A stretch of DNA of 64,000 nt from a virus. Made by a program: the position numbers and the translations under genes. The DNA is taken from IMG/VR virus record IMGVR_UViG_3300021492_000027, one strand, 5' to 3'. The stretch's first letter is position 1. The number at the start of each line of letters is the position of its first letter. This document shows, piece after piece, positions 36,804 to 46,574 of this stretch. The notes under the pieces are model-generated. The model did no database searches. It worked only from the letters and a program-made list of their open reading frames with translations, and was not told where the DNA came from.

Positions 36804-36835
36804 TTTGATTGGTGGGATAGGTTAGTAGCTTAGAT

Positions 36836-37195
36836 TTGAAAATGGAAGAAAATTTAAAATTAGTAATAGTATTAGTATTTGCGGCGGTGGTTGTTTATTG
36901 TGGTGCTTTTATCTATGATATCTATTACAAACCCAAACCTATTATTGAGGAAAGAACAATTATCGTTGCTGATAAAACAGCGGAGCTCGTTCCAGTAGGT
37001 GTTAGTTGGACATTAGATTTCCGTATTATTGGTGATGATGGTGTTGTCTATCATACGGAAGTGGAAATATTCAGTTATATGAAAGTTGGTAAGAAGTATA
37101 ATATCCTAGCGGAAAAGATTCCCAGTAGCTATGGAGAATATTGGAGAATTAAAGCAGTGAGAGAAGACAAATCACAAACTAAAGGAGGTACATAA
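36836..37195 (+). CDS. Membrane-anchored protein, family E (copy 1)
   Basis: TM then ERTIIVADKT...IIGDDGVVY. Confidence 0.6.
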   Translation: MKMEENLKLVIVLVFAAVVVYCGAFIYDIYYKPKPIIEERTIIVADKTAELVPVGVSWTLDFRIIGDDGVVYHTEVEIFSYMKVGKKYNILAEKIPSSYGEYWRIKAVREDKSQTKGGT

Positions 37196-37196
37196 A

Positions 37197-37439
37197 ATGA
37201 AAAACAAAAATGGTACGGCTATATTTTTAGGTATTATAGTGTTTTTCTTGATATTTGCTTATAAACTCGTGCTTCATTTTATTTCAGATATACAGCATGA
37301 AATAGATTCAGGTATGTATACAGGGCAAGCAGTAAAAGCTTTGTTTTTAGCGCAAGGCTCAGCAGTTTGTATTTTTGTATCTGTGGCTTTAATGTTAGCC
37401 GGTGTCATTTACTTATACTTTTTATTAACTGAAATTTAA
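37197..37439 (+). CDS. Two-TM protein, family F (copy 1)
   Basis: FISDIQHEIDSGM. Confidence 0.6.
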   Translation: MKNKNGTAIFLGIIVFFLIFAYKLVLHFISDIQHEIDSGMYTGQAVKALFLAQGSAVCIFVSVALMLAGVIYLYFLLTEI

Positions 37440-37476
37440 AGGATACAAGACAAGGATGTATATGAGGTGATATAAA

Positions 37477-37758
37477 ATGGATAAAAAAGTAAGCAAGTCC
37501 TATAATAGAAGAGATACAATATGCGCATTTACTGCATCAGTGCTCTTATCGGTTATTTTTGGTATTATACTGATTGACCCAACACTTCAAAAAACTCATG
37601 AGTTTTTGCGTTATGCTAACACAGAAACAGTGATTACTTCTATCTTCAATTTTATTTCAAATACACCACCATTATTTTTAGTGATTTTAGCAATTGTGTT
37701 GATACTCGATATATGTATTATTTATATTACATATCAGATAGACAAATATGGCTTCTAA
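37477..37758 (+). CDS. Two-TM protein
   Basis: GAGGTGAT RBS; two TMs. Confidence 0.6.
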   Translation: MDKKVSKSYNRRDTICAFTASVLLSVIFGIILIDPTLQKTHEFLRYANTETVITSIFNFISNTPPLFLVILAIVLILDICIIYITYQIDKYGF

Positions 37759-37796
37759 AAAGCTAATCTTTAAAGCAAAAAATAATGTGATACAAA

Positions 37797-38096
37797 ATGA
37801 ATAACGAATTTATATTATTAGTAGTGGTTGTATCTTTTGGAGTACTTGGCTTATTTTATATAGACACTCATGTCATGGCTCCAGAGAAAAGAAGCATCGT
37901 TGTTATTAATAAAACCACAGAAATTACTCCGTATGGAACAGAGTATCTTATCCTTGGAGATGATGGTATTGTCTATCGCACAAGAGATTGGAAAATATAT
38001 CACAGCATGGAAATTGATAAAAAGTATATTATTAGTGTAAAACCCAGTCTTTCTCATGAAAAATATTGGATTGAAAAGGTTAGGGGGGTGCTATGA
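37797..38096 (+). CDS. Membrane-anchored protein, family E (copy 2)
   Basis: TM then KRSIVVINKT...ILGDDGIVY. Confidence 0.6.
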   Translation: MNNEFILLVVVVSFGVLGLFYIDTHVMAPEKRSIVVINKTTEITPYGTEYLILGDDGIVYRTRDWKIYHSMEIDKKYIISVKPSLSHEKYWIEKVRGVL

Positions 38097-38330
38097 ATGG
38101 ATTCAGATAATATAACTATTATATTTGCAGTGTATTTTATAGTTTTCTTCGCTTTGATGTATGGTGTAGTGTCAGGTTTTGTTTCAGATATACAACATGA
38201 AATAGATTCGGGTATGCATACTGAAGATGAAATAAGAGGATTAGTTTTTGCGCAAGGTGCAGCAATTTGGGTCTATGCTTTTGCTATTATAGTGACATTC
38301 TTTGTTTTTCTCTATATGTTTACCCATTGA
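38097..38330 (+). CDS. Two-TM protein, family F (copy 2)
   Basis: FVSDIQHEIDSGM. Confidence 0.6.
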   Translation: MDSDNITIIFAVYFIVFFALMYGVVSGFVSDIQHEIDSGMHTEDEIRGLVFAQGAAIWVYAFAIIVTFFVFLYMFTH

Positions 38331-38350
38331 TATGTTTTTTTTATGCTAAA

Positions 38351-38626
38351 ATGAATCAAAAACCAATTTGTATCTTCATAGGGCGGAAAGCGAAGCCAGC
38401 ATATATAATGGCGATAAACTACGAGCTACGGATAAAAAAGAACAATTCAGTCCGAATCTGTGCAGCTGGTAAAAAGCGTTTAACGCTTTTGAACATTCTC
38501 TACGATATGCGCAATGTCGTTGATGTGTTATCGTGGTCGCAGCAGATGACCGAAGTTGGTGGATTGGAGCTCTGTGTTCATGTAGCTTTGAAGGATAAAA
38601 ATGCAACAAATAAAACAGCCACATGA
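38351..38626 (+). CDS. Alba-like nucleic-acid-binding protein (divergent)
   Basis: IFIGRKAKPAYIMAI...NSVRICAAGK resembles the Alba consensus IGKKPVMNYVLA...EVVIKARGK; size fits. Start moved to ATG 38351. Confidence 0.5.
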   Translation: MNQKPICIFIGRKAKPAYIMAINYELRIKKNNSVRICAAGKKRLTLLNILYDMRNVVDVLSWSQQMTEVGGLELCVHVALKDKNATNKTAT

Positions 38627-40145
38627 GTTGGGTTTGAGTTACGAGTCGTATAGACCCGGTCAGAAAGAAATAATCCAGCGTATAATTGATAGTGAAAAGC
38701 ATTACATAATATTAGAAGCGCCAACAGGTGCTGGCAAGAGCTTGATAGCGTTCTCAGTAATAAAAAACATGGATGCTACGGGCATAATACTGATAAAAAC
38801 CAAACAATTGCAAGACCAGTATAGCAAGAGCTTTGGTAATAATGTATTAGTCCTAAAAGGCAAAAACAACTATCCATGTGCTTTGAATCCACGAGTAACA
38901 CGAGAAGATTGCGTTTTTGAATTCCTAAAAGATAAGAAAATAACCGAATGTCCGAAATTCAATAGCTGTAAATATGAGCAAATCAAACGCGAAGCTTTGC
39001 GTTTACAAAAGATAGTGGTGACAAACTATGCCTATTTTTTGTCACAAAGGTTTCTAAAAATCCCTGATGTGCTCGTTTTGGATGAGTGTCATTCAGCCGA
39101 GCAGGAGATAATCAAACATGCGAAGATTTCGATACCATACAGGTTCATAACCAGCGAAGCACGCGCATTATTTGAAAATGAAGACTATGAAGCGTTTTTC
39201 ACTAAAGTAAATAACAAAGTCGAAGAAGAAACAAAAGAATATTATAATCAACTCAAATACTATGAACAATTTGATAATACAAACGAGTATATATTGAAAC
39301 TCCAACGCAAAATCCGAACACTTATGACATTATACGAAAATATCAAGTTTCTAAAAACAACTTTCAGCCAAGATAAATGGTATGTGTCATCTGATACCAA
39401 ATATCTCAGGTTTGAGCCATATTTCGGTACATGGTTTTTTAATGTATTCTATCAAGCGAAACAAAAGGTAATATTGATGTCAGCAACGCCACCAAGTGTT
39501 GAAGTAGCAGAAAGCTTGTTTGGCATCCCTAAAGATGAAATAGAGTATTTGAAGATGCCGAGCACATTTTCACCGGCTATAAGACCGATAAAGCTCGTTC
39601 TAACAACCAATCTCGGTCATAAACATCTCGCTAAAGCGCTACCCAAAGTCATAGCAGTGATAGACCGTATAATAGCTGAACGTCATAGCACAGAAAAAGG
39701 ATTATTACATTGCAAAAACTATAATGTAGCACGCTATATTCTATCACATTCAGCGTTAAGCGAGTACATGATGCTACATGACAGTACGAACCGAGCAGAA
39801 ACGCTTGATAAGTTCAAAAACGCAGAACCACCAGCGATTCTGCTTTCGCCATCGTTCCAGGAAGGTGTGGACTTGCCGTATGATGAGTGCAGGTTTCAGA
39901 TGCTCGTGGGGCTGCAATTTCCGAGTCTTGCTGATAAAATAGTGCAACACCGTAAAACTGTCAATCCAATCGCATATAACTGGGAAGTCGCACGTAGCAT
40001 CGTTCAGGCATACGGTCGTGGCGTGCGTGCACAAGACGATTACTGTGTTTTTTATATTTTAGATACTAACTTTGTCTGGTTCTTTAATCAGAACAAAGCT
40101 TTTTTTACTGACTATTTTAAGGAGGGGTTGAGTGGTAAGAAATGA
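38601..40145 (+). CDS. XPD/DinG (Rad3-like) SF2 helicase
   Basis: EAPTGAGKS, four-Cys Fe-S region, LDECH, EGVDLP, QAYGRGVR. Confidence 0.88.
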   Translation: MQQIKQPHELGLSYESYRPGQKEIIQRIIDSEKHYIILEAPTGAGKSLIAFSVIKNMDATGIILIKTKQLQDQYSKSFGNNVLVLKGKNNYPCALNPRVTREDCVFEFLKDKKITECPKFNSCKYEQIKREALRLQKIVVTNYAYFLSQRFLKIPDVLVLDECHSAEQEIIKHAKISIPYRFITSEARALFENEDYEAFFTKVNNKVEEETKEYYNQLKYYEQFDNTNEYILKLQRKIRTLMTLYENIKFLKTTFSQDKWYVSSDTKYLRFEPYFGTWFFNVFYQAKQKVILMSATPPSVEVAESLFGIPKDEIEYLKMPSTFSPAIRPIKLVLTTNLGHKHLAKALPKVIAVIDRIIAERHSTEKGLLHCKNYNVARYILSHSALSEYMMLHDSTNRAETLDKFKNAEPPAILLSPSFQEGVDLPYDECRFQMLVGLQFPSLADKIVQHRKTVNPIAYNWEVARSIVQAYGRGVRAQDDYCVFYILDTNFVWFFNQNKAFFTDYFKEGLSGKK

Positions 40146-40609
40146 ATGAGATAGAAGATAAGGAAATAGATAAGCTTTATGTTGAGATAGAACAGCGAAT
40201 AAACGAAATAAATCACGAGCGTGAAACTGATAAAGAGCTACAAAAACTGAAGCATTTAGCAGAAATAATAGACAAAAAAATATCAGCTAAAGAATCAGCC
40301 TATGAAGCAAAACTAAAGCCATTAGAAGAACAGCGTGAGGCGATAATATCACAGCTAAAAACAATGTATAGAGGTCGTGGTACGGAACATTATGGCGTTT
40401 TGGTTCTCCATTTCAGAAAATCTCGTAGCTTGAGGATAGCAGATAAAGAAGTGCTTATAAGGGATTTGCATAGGATAAACAAGCTCAGTCAGTGTGTGAA
40501 GTCGTTTGATAACAGAGAGTTACGGAAATTAGCAGATGCTAATGTAATATCTGGGATAGAATTTGAAGAAAGAATAAATCTTAATGTGGATGTGAATAGA
40601 AATGAGTAG
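40142..40609 (+). CDS. Coiled-coil protein, Gam/Gp157-like
   Basis: N-terminal coiled coil then short beta-rich tail, typical of phage recombination modules. Confidence 0.4.
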   Translation: MNEIEDKEIDKLYVEIEQRINEINHERETDKELQKLKHLAEIIDKKISAKESAYEAKLKPLEEQREAIISQLKTMYRGRGTEHYGVLVLHFRKSRSLRIADKEVLIRDLHRINKLSQCVKSFDNRELRKLADANVISGIEFEERINLNVDVNRNE

Positions 40610-40826
40610 AGTATATTTGAAAGCTTCAGTACTAGCTGGTACTTCTCTTGAAGAAGCGATAAGAGATGCAAAAAAGATAGCAGAAAAGACAGGTACAGGA
40701 ATTGAATTTGGGTTCAATGGTGTTTTAATGCTTATAGATTCGTCATCAGATATACAAAAGGAAATAGAAGATTACAAATTTGAGATTAAAAGAATGCGAA
40801 ATATAGAGGTGACAAAAAATGAATAA
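40602..40826 (+). CDS. Hypothetical protein
   Basis: 74-aa coupled ORF. Confidence 0.55.
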   Translation: MSRVYLKASVLAGTSLEEAIRDAKKIAEKTGTGIEFGFNGVLMLIDSSSDIQKEIEDYKFEIKRMRNIEVTKNE

Positions 40827-41676
40827 TAGTGATGAAGAGAAATGGATAGAGGAACGTCTCAAAAAGTTAAGTGAACGCACAAAAACCTCAGTTGAGGAGC
40901 TCCGTAACGCTTTTGATAGTATTGTTGAGATATACAAAAACGATCCGCAACTACAAAAACCATCCGATCTATATAAATACGCATTAGAGGTCTTAATCAG
41001 CCGTACAGTCTTTAAGCCGTCACTAACAACCTATAAGCTGGTTCTATTCGGCGATACAGGTAAGCTGATAACGCGTTCAAACCGTGCCATGCGTATGGTC
41101 TTTGGCTATGGCAACATAGATGGTAAGAACATGGTTGTTAAACTCATATTCCGTGAGGACATGGTAGATACAGAGCTTGATATGATGCGTATATACGAAT
41201 GTAGCCTCTCACAGAGCACCAAAGATAGCCGTATAATGTTTGTTACCAAAGATTCGACGTTTGCTTTGAAACAGCCATTAATGCCAGAACAGCAGCGGTC
41301 TTTGCTCGCAAAAATGGGATTCGATATAATAACGAGTGCAACAGCGAGAACGAACATAAGCGCAGTAGATGGCAACGGGCGCACAGATGCGTTCGATATG
41401 AAAATCTTTGAAGGGACAATCAACCAAGTGAGGAGCGGGATGCGTTCAAACGGCACTCAGTGGACGGTATACGACATAGTTGATAGCGAAATAAGCGAAG
41501 CAACAATCATAGAACCGCTAACGGTCTGGGTGCCACAGCCGTTTGCAGAGTATAGTGAAGGCGATAGGGTTTGCTGTGTAGGCACAACAAAACTCATGAA
41601 ACGTCAGGATCAAGGCGAATATGTTGTTATGAACGCTGTTTCTGTAATACCAATAGTTGTAATGCATGAGGAGTAA
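40819..41676 (+). CDS. RPA/SSB-like OB-fold protein
   Basis: Helical N-domain then two beta-rich OB-like repeats (YSEGDRVCCVGTTK...MNAVSVIP); sits next to PCNA. Confidence 0.6.
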   Translation: MNNSDEEKWIEERLKKLSERTKTSVEELRNAFDSIVEIYKNDPQLQKPSDLYKYALEVLISRTVFKPSLTTYKLVLFGDTGKLITRSNRAMRMVFGYGNIDGKNMVVKLIFREDMVDTELDMMRIYECSLSQSTKDSRIMFVTKDSTFALKQPLMPEQQRSLLAKMGFDIITSATARTNISAVDGNGRTDAFDMKIFEGTINQVRSGMRSNGTQWTVYDIVDSEISEATIIEPLTVWVPQPFAEYSEGDRVCCVGTTKLMKRQDQGEYVVMNAVSVIPIVVMHEE

Positions 41677-41679
41677 AAA

Positions 41680-42474
41680 ATGTCAGATATTCATTTTGAG
41701 TTAAAAAATAGCGATTTGCTTCATTGGTTAGGCACAGTAGCGTCATTAGGTGAACTCCAAAAATCAAAATTGCAAATAAGCTCACGAGGTGTTATTATAG
41801 AGGCAATAAACATAGCGAACACCATATACTTCAATGCCGAACTATCACGTGATATTTTTGTCCAGTATGACGAGCAAATAACAGAAAATATACAGCTAAA
41901 TCTGAGTTCAGAGAATATCTCAAACATATTCACCTTCATTAGAGGTACACCACACACAAATAACGTGAAGCTTTCACTAAATACAGAGACAAAAAAGCTA
42001 CATATAGATACAAACAACATATCGTACAATACTACGCTCCCGTCAATGTCTGTATCAAACTATCCAGAGCTGAAATTAGAGCCGGAATGTACAGTGATTG
42101 TTCCATTAAAGGACATACTTCGTATAGCGAAGGTAGCACACACGTTTTTTAATAGCGAGTTTCTCGATTTCTATACTAACAAAGAAGCGATGGTGATAGA
42201 GACAAAACATAGCTATTCAGACGAGAAAGCGGTTTTGAGGCTCGAACGCGCAGATACAGGCTATTTCGATATAGACAATGAAAAACATGAGACTATACGT
42301 GGTAGGTATACAGGTGATTACGTGTTTGATATCCTTCGTGGGTGTGCTTTGGCAGGCGCTGAAAATATAACAATTCAGTATAGCTATGATAATCTGATAA
42401 AGTTCAGTGCAGAGCTTGAAGATGGGTTATTCAAGTTTTACTATGTTTTAGCACCGTGTGCATTTGATGACTGA
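41680..42474 (+). CDS. pcn: PCNA sliding clamp
   Basis: 264 aa, SRGVIIEAINIANT...ELSRDIF.QY, GRYTGDYV, C-terminal FYYVLAP. Confidence 0.75.
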   Translation: MSDIHFELKNSDLLHWLGTVASLGELQKSKLQISSRGVIIEAINIANTIYFNAELSRDIFVQYDEQITENIQLNLSSENISNIFTFIRGTPHTNNVKLSLNTETKKLHIDTNNISYNTTLPSMSVSNYPELKLEPECTVIVPLKDILRIAKVAHTFFNSEFLDFYTNKEAMVIETKHSYSDEKAVLRLERADTGYFDIDNEKHETIRGRYTGDYVFDILRGCALAGAENITIQYSYDNLIKFSAELEDGLFKFYYVLAPCAFDD

Positions 42475-42506
42475 GCATCAATTTTTTATTTTTTTATTTT
42501 TTGTAT

Positions 42507-42580
42507 GGGCTCATAGCTCAGCAAGGTAGAGCGGCGGGCTTTTAACACGTTGGTCATGGGTTCAAATCTCGTCGAGCCCA
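42507..42580 (+). tRNA. trnK: tRNA-Lys (UUU)
   Basis: Cloverleaf GGGCTCA-TA-GCTC/GAGC-G-GCGGG-CT-TTT-AA-CACGT-TGGTC-ATGGG-TTCAAAT-CTCGT-CGAGCCC-A; mismatches at A7-C66 and G30-A40. Confidence 0.85.
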
Positions 42581-42597
42581 TAAAAAAGGAGGTAAAA

Positions 42598-42870
42598 ATG
42601 AGAAAAATTTCTAAAAAACTGTTTTGTATTGGATTTGTTTTAGGTCTTATAGCTGGCACAGTATATTTTACAACAAGTGCTTCTTTCATGACAAAGGACA
42701 TAGAGCCATTACCAGAAATAAATCCCACCCCAGTCATCATCAATACATCAACTATTGGAAAAGAGTTTATATTGATGTGGTCTATTACTATTGGTGCCAT
42801 AATCCTTGTAATGGGTATTTTAGGTTTTTTAGTATTTTATGCATTAATAAAAGTGAAGAAAAATGAATGA
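42598..42870 (+). CDS. Two-TM membrane protein
   Basis: Start moved to ATG 42598 behind AGGAGGT, just after the tRNA. Confidence 0.65.
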   Translation: MRKISKKLFCIGFVLGLIAGTVYFTTSASFMTKDIEPLPEINPTPVIINTSTIGKEFILMWSITIGAIILVMGILGFLVFYALIKVKKNE

Positions 42871-43960
42871 AGTAGAGGATTTATTAAAAACAGAAAATAG
42901 TGATGATGCGGACATAGAGGCGATTTTAGATAGCGAATTTGAAGTAGAGGGAGAACCAGCAAAAGAGCGACCAGCTGAGACCGAAGCGCAGGATATAGTA
43001 GAGGAGGAGATAGATGAGGACGAAATAGCTGAGATATTAGGTGGTGATACTGGTGAAGAACCTTCTAAAAAAGAGCAGCCTCAGCCTAAACAACCAAAGA
43101 AAGAACCAGTAAAAAAGAAGCAACCCCCTAAGCAACCACAGCAACAAAAAAAGAAATATCAAGAACCAGACAAAATCTTGATATATTCAGAACCAAAAGT
43201 AGGGAAGACACATGCAATAGCATCATTAATGGAAAAAGCGCTTAATGAGAATCCTGATACACGGTTTTTTGTAATAGTAACAGATGCGGGTTTCTGGAAG
43301 ACAGTGTTGCGATATTGGCGAATACGAAAACTCGACGAAGAGAAGCTATATAACCAAGTTTCATATTATTCAGTTGTTGACATAAACGAAGTCTTTGATA
43401 TATTACGTCAAATCCGTGCAGAGGCTCGTCCAAACGATTGGCTTATCATAGATGTTCTCAGTGATTTCTGGGATAGGGCACAGGATAAGTTCATTGAGTC
43501 GTGTACTCAAGATGGCAATGTTGTAGATTTAATAGTTGAAGCAGCTAACGACCCATCGCGGTTCGGTACTTTAACGGGTTTACAATGGGGCTACTGTAAA
43601 CGAGTAGATAATACAATATCTTATTATGCAGTGATAAATCCACCATGCAATATTATAGCAACTGCATCAGCAAAGGAACTTGGCGGTATAGAAGAAGCAT
43701 TGGGAGGCGAAGAGAAGGTAGAGAAGTCAATAGGTTCGATGTACAGCTCATTTAAAGTGGTGGGCTACAGACCAGAGGGTCAGAAAAGACTATCATACAA
43801 ATTCGATGAGATAGTTTTTCTTGGTAAAGACAAGTCAGGCAAACACTATTTTATGATTGTGGGCTCACGCGATATAGACACGGATTATAAGCGCATCCCA
43901 TACGGCTTTTCATTCTGGGAAACATACATAGGCTATAAACGTCAGAAGATGCAGTTGTGA
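42863..43960 (+). CDS. AAA/RecA-like ATPase (AAA_24/Sak4-like) with acidic and QPK-rich N-terminus
   Basis: LIYSEPKVGKT, WLIID. Confidence 0.65.
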   Translation: MNEVEDLLKTENSDDADIEAILDSEFEVEGEPAKERPAETEAQDIVEEEIDEDEIAEILGGDTGEEPSKKEQPQPKQPKKEPVKKKQPPKQPQQQKKKYQEPDKILIYSEPKVGKTHAIASLMEKALNENPDTRFFVIVTDAGFWKTVLRYWRIRKLDEEKLYNQVSYYSVVDINEVFDILRQIRAEARPNDWLIIDVLSDFWDRAQDKFIESCTQDGNVVDLIVEAANDPSRFGTLTGLQWGYCKRVDNTISYYAVINPPCNIIATASAKELGGIEEALGGEEKVEKSIGSMYSSFKVVGYRPEGQKRLSYKFDEIVFLGKDKSGKHYFMIVGSRDIDTDYKRIPYGFSFWETYIGYKRQKMQL

Positions 43961-44994
43961 TGGATGTTATAGATGTTTTGTTTCGGCATTTCCCGCGTGT
44001 TGTTGGATTCCGTCCAGCAACACGCGAATTTTTCAAACGAAAAGAAGTAGCAACGAAATCAGAGTTCTTAAAGCTCATAAATCGTTATAGTGGGACATAC
44101 GAGATTTTTACTTCAATTTACGATAACGATAAGACAATAGACAAAATCTTTATTGACATAGACAGCTATGATACACTTAATAGAGCATTAAGTATCGCAA
44201 AACGTCTCTATGAAAAACTAACAGTTAGCATGAATTTGCCAGTAATTCCAGTTTTTTCGGGCATGAAAGGCTTTCATTTACATGTTTTATTGAAGCCTTG
44301 TCAATACGAACATGCAAGTGACTTGTTGACGAATGCAACATTACAATTAGTAACGGAAAAGACAGACGAAGAAGGCATAGGGCAAGTCATAGAGTGTGTT
44401 GATCAGCGTTTCATAGGTGCTATCAATTCTTTATGCCGTGTGCCCAATACCGAACGTGTAGGTCTTAATGCTTACTGTGTGCCATTACCGCAGAACTTCC
44501 TTGATTTGAGTTTGAAAGAAATAATCAAGTTAAGCAAATCAAAGCAGACATTTGAATATGATTTCAGTGGCTATAAATTTTGCTACCTAACAGAACTAAT
44601 CAACGATCAAGATATTGTTTCTGACATAGACAGAGCCTATGATGCGATAGAGTTTAATAAAATTGGTTTTGATAGAATCAATTTCTTTCCTAAAAGTGGT
44701 GATGTGAAGCGTTATCTCAAGCCGATATTACCACCATGTTTGTTTAATGAAATAATCAAGCCAGAGCCGTCACATGCGATCCGAGTAGCAACAACAGCAT
44801 TTTTGTTGATATTCTTAGAGCCCAAGCAAGTCGAGAATATCTTTTCACGACTGGGCTGGATAGATTATAACCAACGAATGACGCATTATCAGGTACAGAA
44901 CATAAGCCAGCGTGCTATCCGTCCGTTCTCATGCAAGAAACTAAGTTTTTTAACAGCTTCTAAGTATTGTAATAAATGTAATTTTAAGAGGTGA
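43957..44994 (+). CDS. priS: Archaeo-eukaryotic primase, PriS fused to a PriL C-terminal-like domain
   Basis: IFIDID, FSGMKGFH, LCRVPNT; C-terminal PPC...H..R...SC..L...C..C. Confidence 0.8.
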   Translation: MMDVIDVLFRHFPRVVGFRPATREFFKRKEVATKSEFLKLINRYSGTYEIFTSIYDNDKTIDKIFIDIDSYDTLNRALSIAKRLYEKLTVSMNLPVIPVFSGMKGFHLHVLLKPCQYEHASDLLTNATLQLVTEKTDEEGIGQVIECVDQRFIGAINSLCRVPNTERVGLNAYCVPLPQNFLDLSLKEIIKLSKSKQTFEYDFSGYKFCYLTELINDQDIVSDIDRAYDAIEFNKIGFDRINFFPKSGDVKRYLKPILPPCLFNEIIKPEPSHAIRVATTAFLLIFLEPKQVENIFSRLGWIDYNQRMTHYQVQNISQRAIRPFSCKKLSFLTASKYCNKCNFKR

Positions 44995-45000
44995 TAAAAA

Positions 45001-45678
45001 ATGAAGTTAAGGAATATTTTAATCTGTTGTTGTATATGTCAGTTATTTTTTATTTCAGTAACATCTGGAGCTTATATAGAGACAACAAATTTTGCAGATG
45101 GATTTGGTTTTGATGATGTAATTCAAACTTGTAATAACTCAGAAAAAGTAGTATTATTGAATATTACTAATCCACAAAGACCCATCAATGCTTTTATTTG
45201 TAATATCCTATATAACACCAGCATTATAGAAATAGTAAATATATCACATAGCGAGTTAACCCAAAATTAGTCTTTTTGTTATTTGAACTATTATTGGGGC
45301 ACGCGTGTTGCGGCGGTTTATGATGTTACCAATCGAATTGAAAGTAATGGTTCAATTGCTCAGATTACTTTTCAAATAAAGGATATAGGTCAGACCAGTC
45401 TTAATATTTCTGATATTCAGTTATCAGATCAGTACTATAATGTTGGAACAGCACAAGCATATAATACCACATTAATAATTTGGCAAAGAGGTGATCTCAA
45501 CGATAATGGCGATATAGCTGACATCGGTGATGTGGGACTTATGTGGTTAGCATTCTTGGGTTTGAGACCAACAGATTGTCGCTATGATTTAAATAATGAT
45601 GGCAAAGAGGCAAGTATAAGTGATGTGCGATTGATATGGCAAATGTGGCAAAATAAAAATGGTAATAATAGTAGATGA
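45001..45678 (+). pseudogene. Secreted cohesin-dockerin protein interrupted by an in-frame TAG (45268-45270)
   Basis: ORFs 45001 and 45283 share one frame; cohesin-like GSIAQITFQIK..G.TSLNISD..LSD; dockerin-like GDLNDNGDIADIGD...YDLNNDG..SISD. Confidence 0.65.
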
Positions 45679-46348
45679 TCGCGAGCCGTCCGATATTTTA
45701 GATTCAATAAAAAACTCAGTGACTTACGAACGTAAACGACTCGCAATAGGCGATTACATTGTAAATAATACTTTAATAATCGAACGCAAAACAGCGCCAG
45801 ATTTTATCAGTTCCATGTTATCAGGTCATCTGAGATCACAGGTGTATAGACTAACAAAAGTATCATCGAGTCCGATACTGGCAATAATAGGCAATATCTA
45901 TATAGAAGCGCAAGGTCGTATCAATCGCAAAGCATTGATAGCGTTTTGGGCATCGTTGTCGTGTAGGCATAATCCTGAAGGTGCACATGGGCGTGTTTCG
46001 TTTATGTTTTTTGAAACTAACTACGATTTCGCATTATATCTCAAATACCTTGACGAAAAAACTGCTGAAAGTACCATTTTTATCAATCCTGTGATTTATG
46101 AGGTCAGTGATTCAGACCTTAGAGCATTGAGAACAGCGATATTGGCGTCAATACCGGGCATAGGTGAGGAGTTAGCGAAGCGGTTATTAGCCCGGTTCGG
46201 TAACCTTAAAGCTATTGCGAGCGCTGCTGATGAGCAACTTCTGAATGTAAGAGGCATAAGTAAGAAGAAAGCAGAGATTATTCATAAGGTGCTAAGTGAA
46301 GGAAAGCGCGATAGCAGTAGTAAATCGCTTTTTGCATACATACACTGA
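45659..46348 (+). CDS. ERCC4/XPF-type nuclease with HhH
   Basis: VDDREP, LAIGDY, IERK, SIPGIG, NVRGISKKKA. Confidence 0.88.
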   Translation: MVIIVDDREPSDILDSIKNSVTYERKRLAIGDYIVNNTLIIERKTAPDFISSMLSGHLRSQVYRLTKVSSSPILAIIGNIYIEAQGRINRKALIAFWASLSCRHNPEGAHGRVSFMFFETNYDFALYLKYLDEKTAESTIFINPVIYEVSDSDLRALRTAILASIPGIGEELAKRLLARFGNLKAIASAADEQLLNVRGISKKKAEIIHKVLSEGKRDSSSKSLFAYIH

Positions 46349-46574
46349 ATATATACCGCGGACGATGGAATGATTGATAGAGGCAGAGAAAGGAGGTGAA
46401 GGAAGATGAATAAATTGTGTGTAGATGATGTAGTTGAACTTAAGGACGGAAGGGTAGTTAGGATTATGGAAGTGAGAGACAGAAGTTATATGTTTCCTGT
46501 GTGGTTTGTAGATACTGAAACAGGAGTAGCGGATGGATGTAAATTCGAGGATATAAAGAGAAAGGTGAGAGAAG

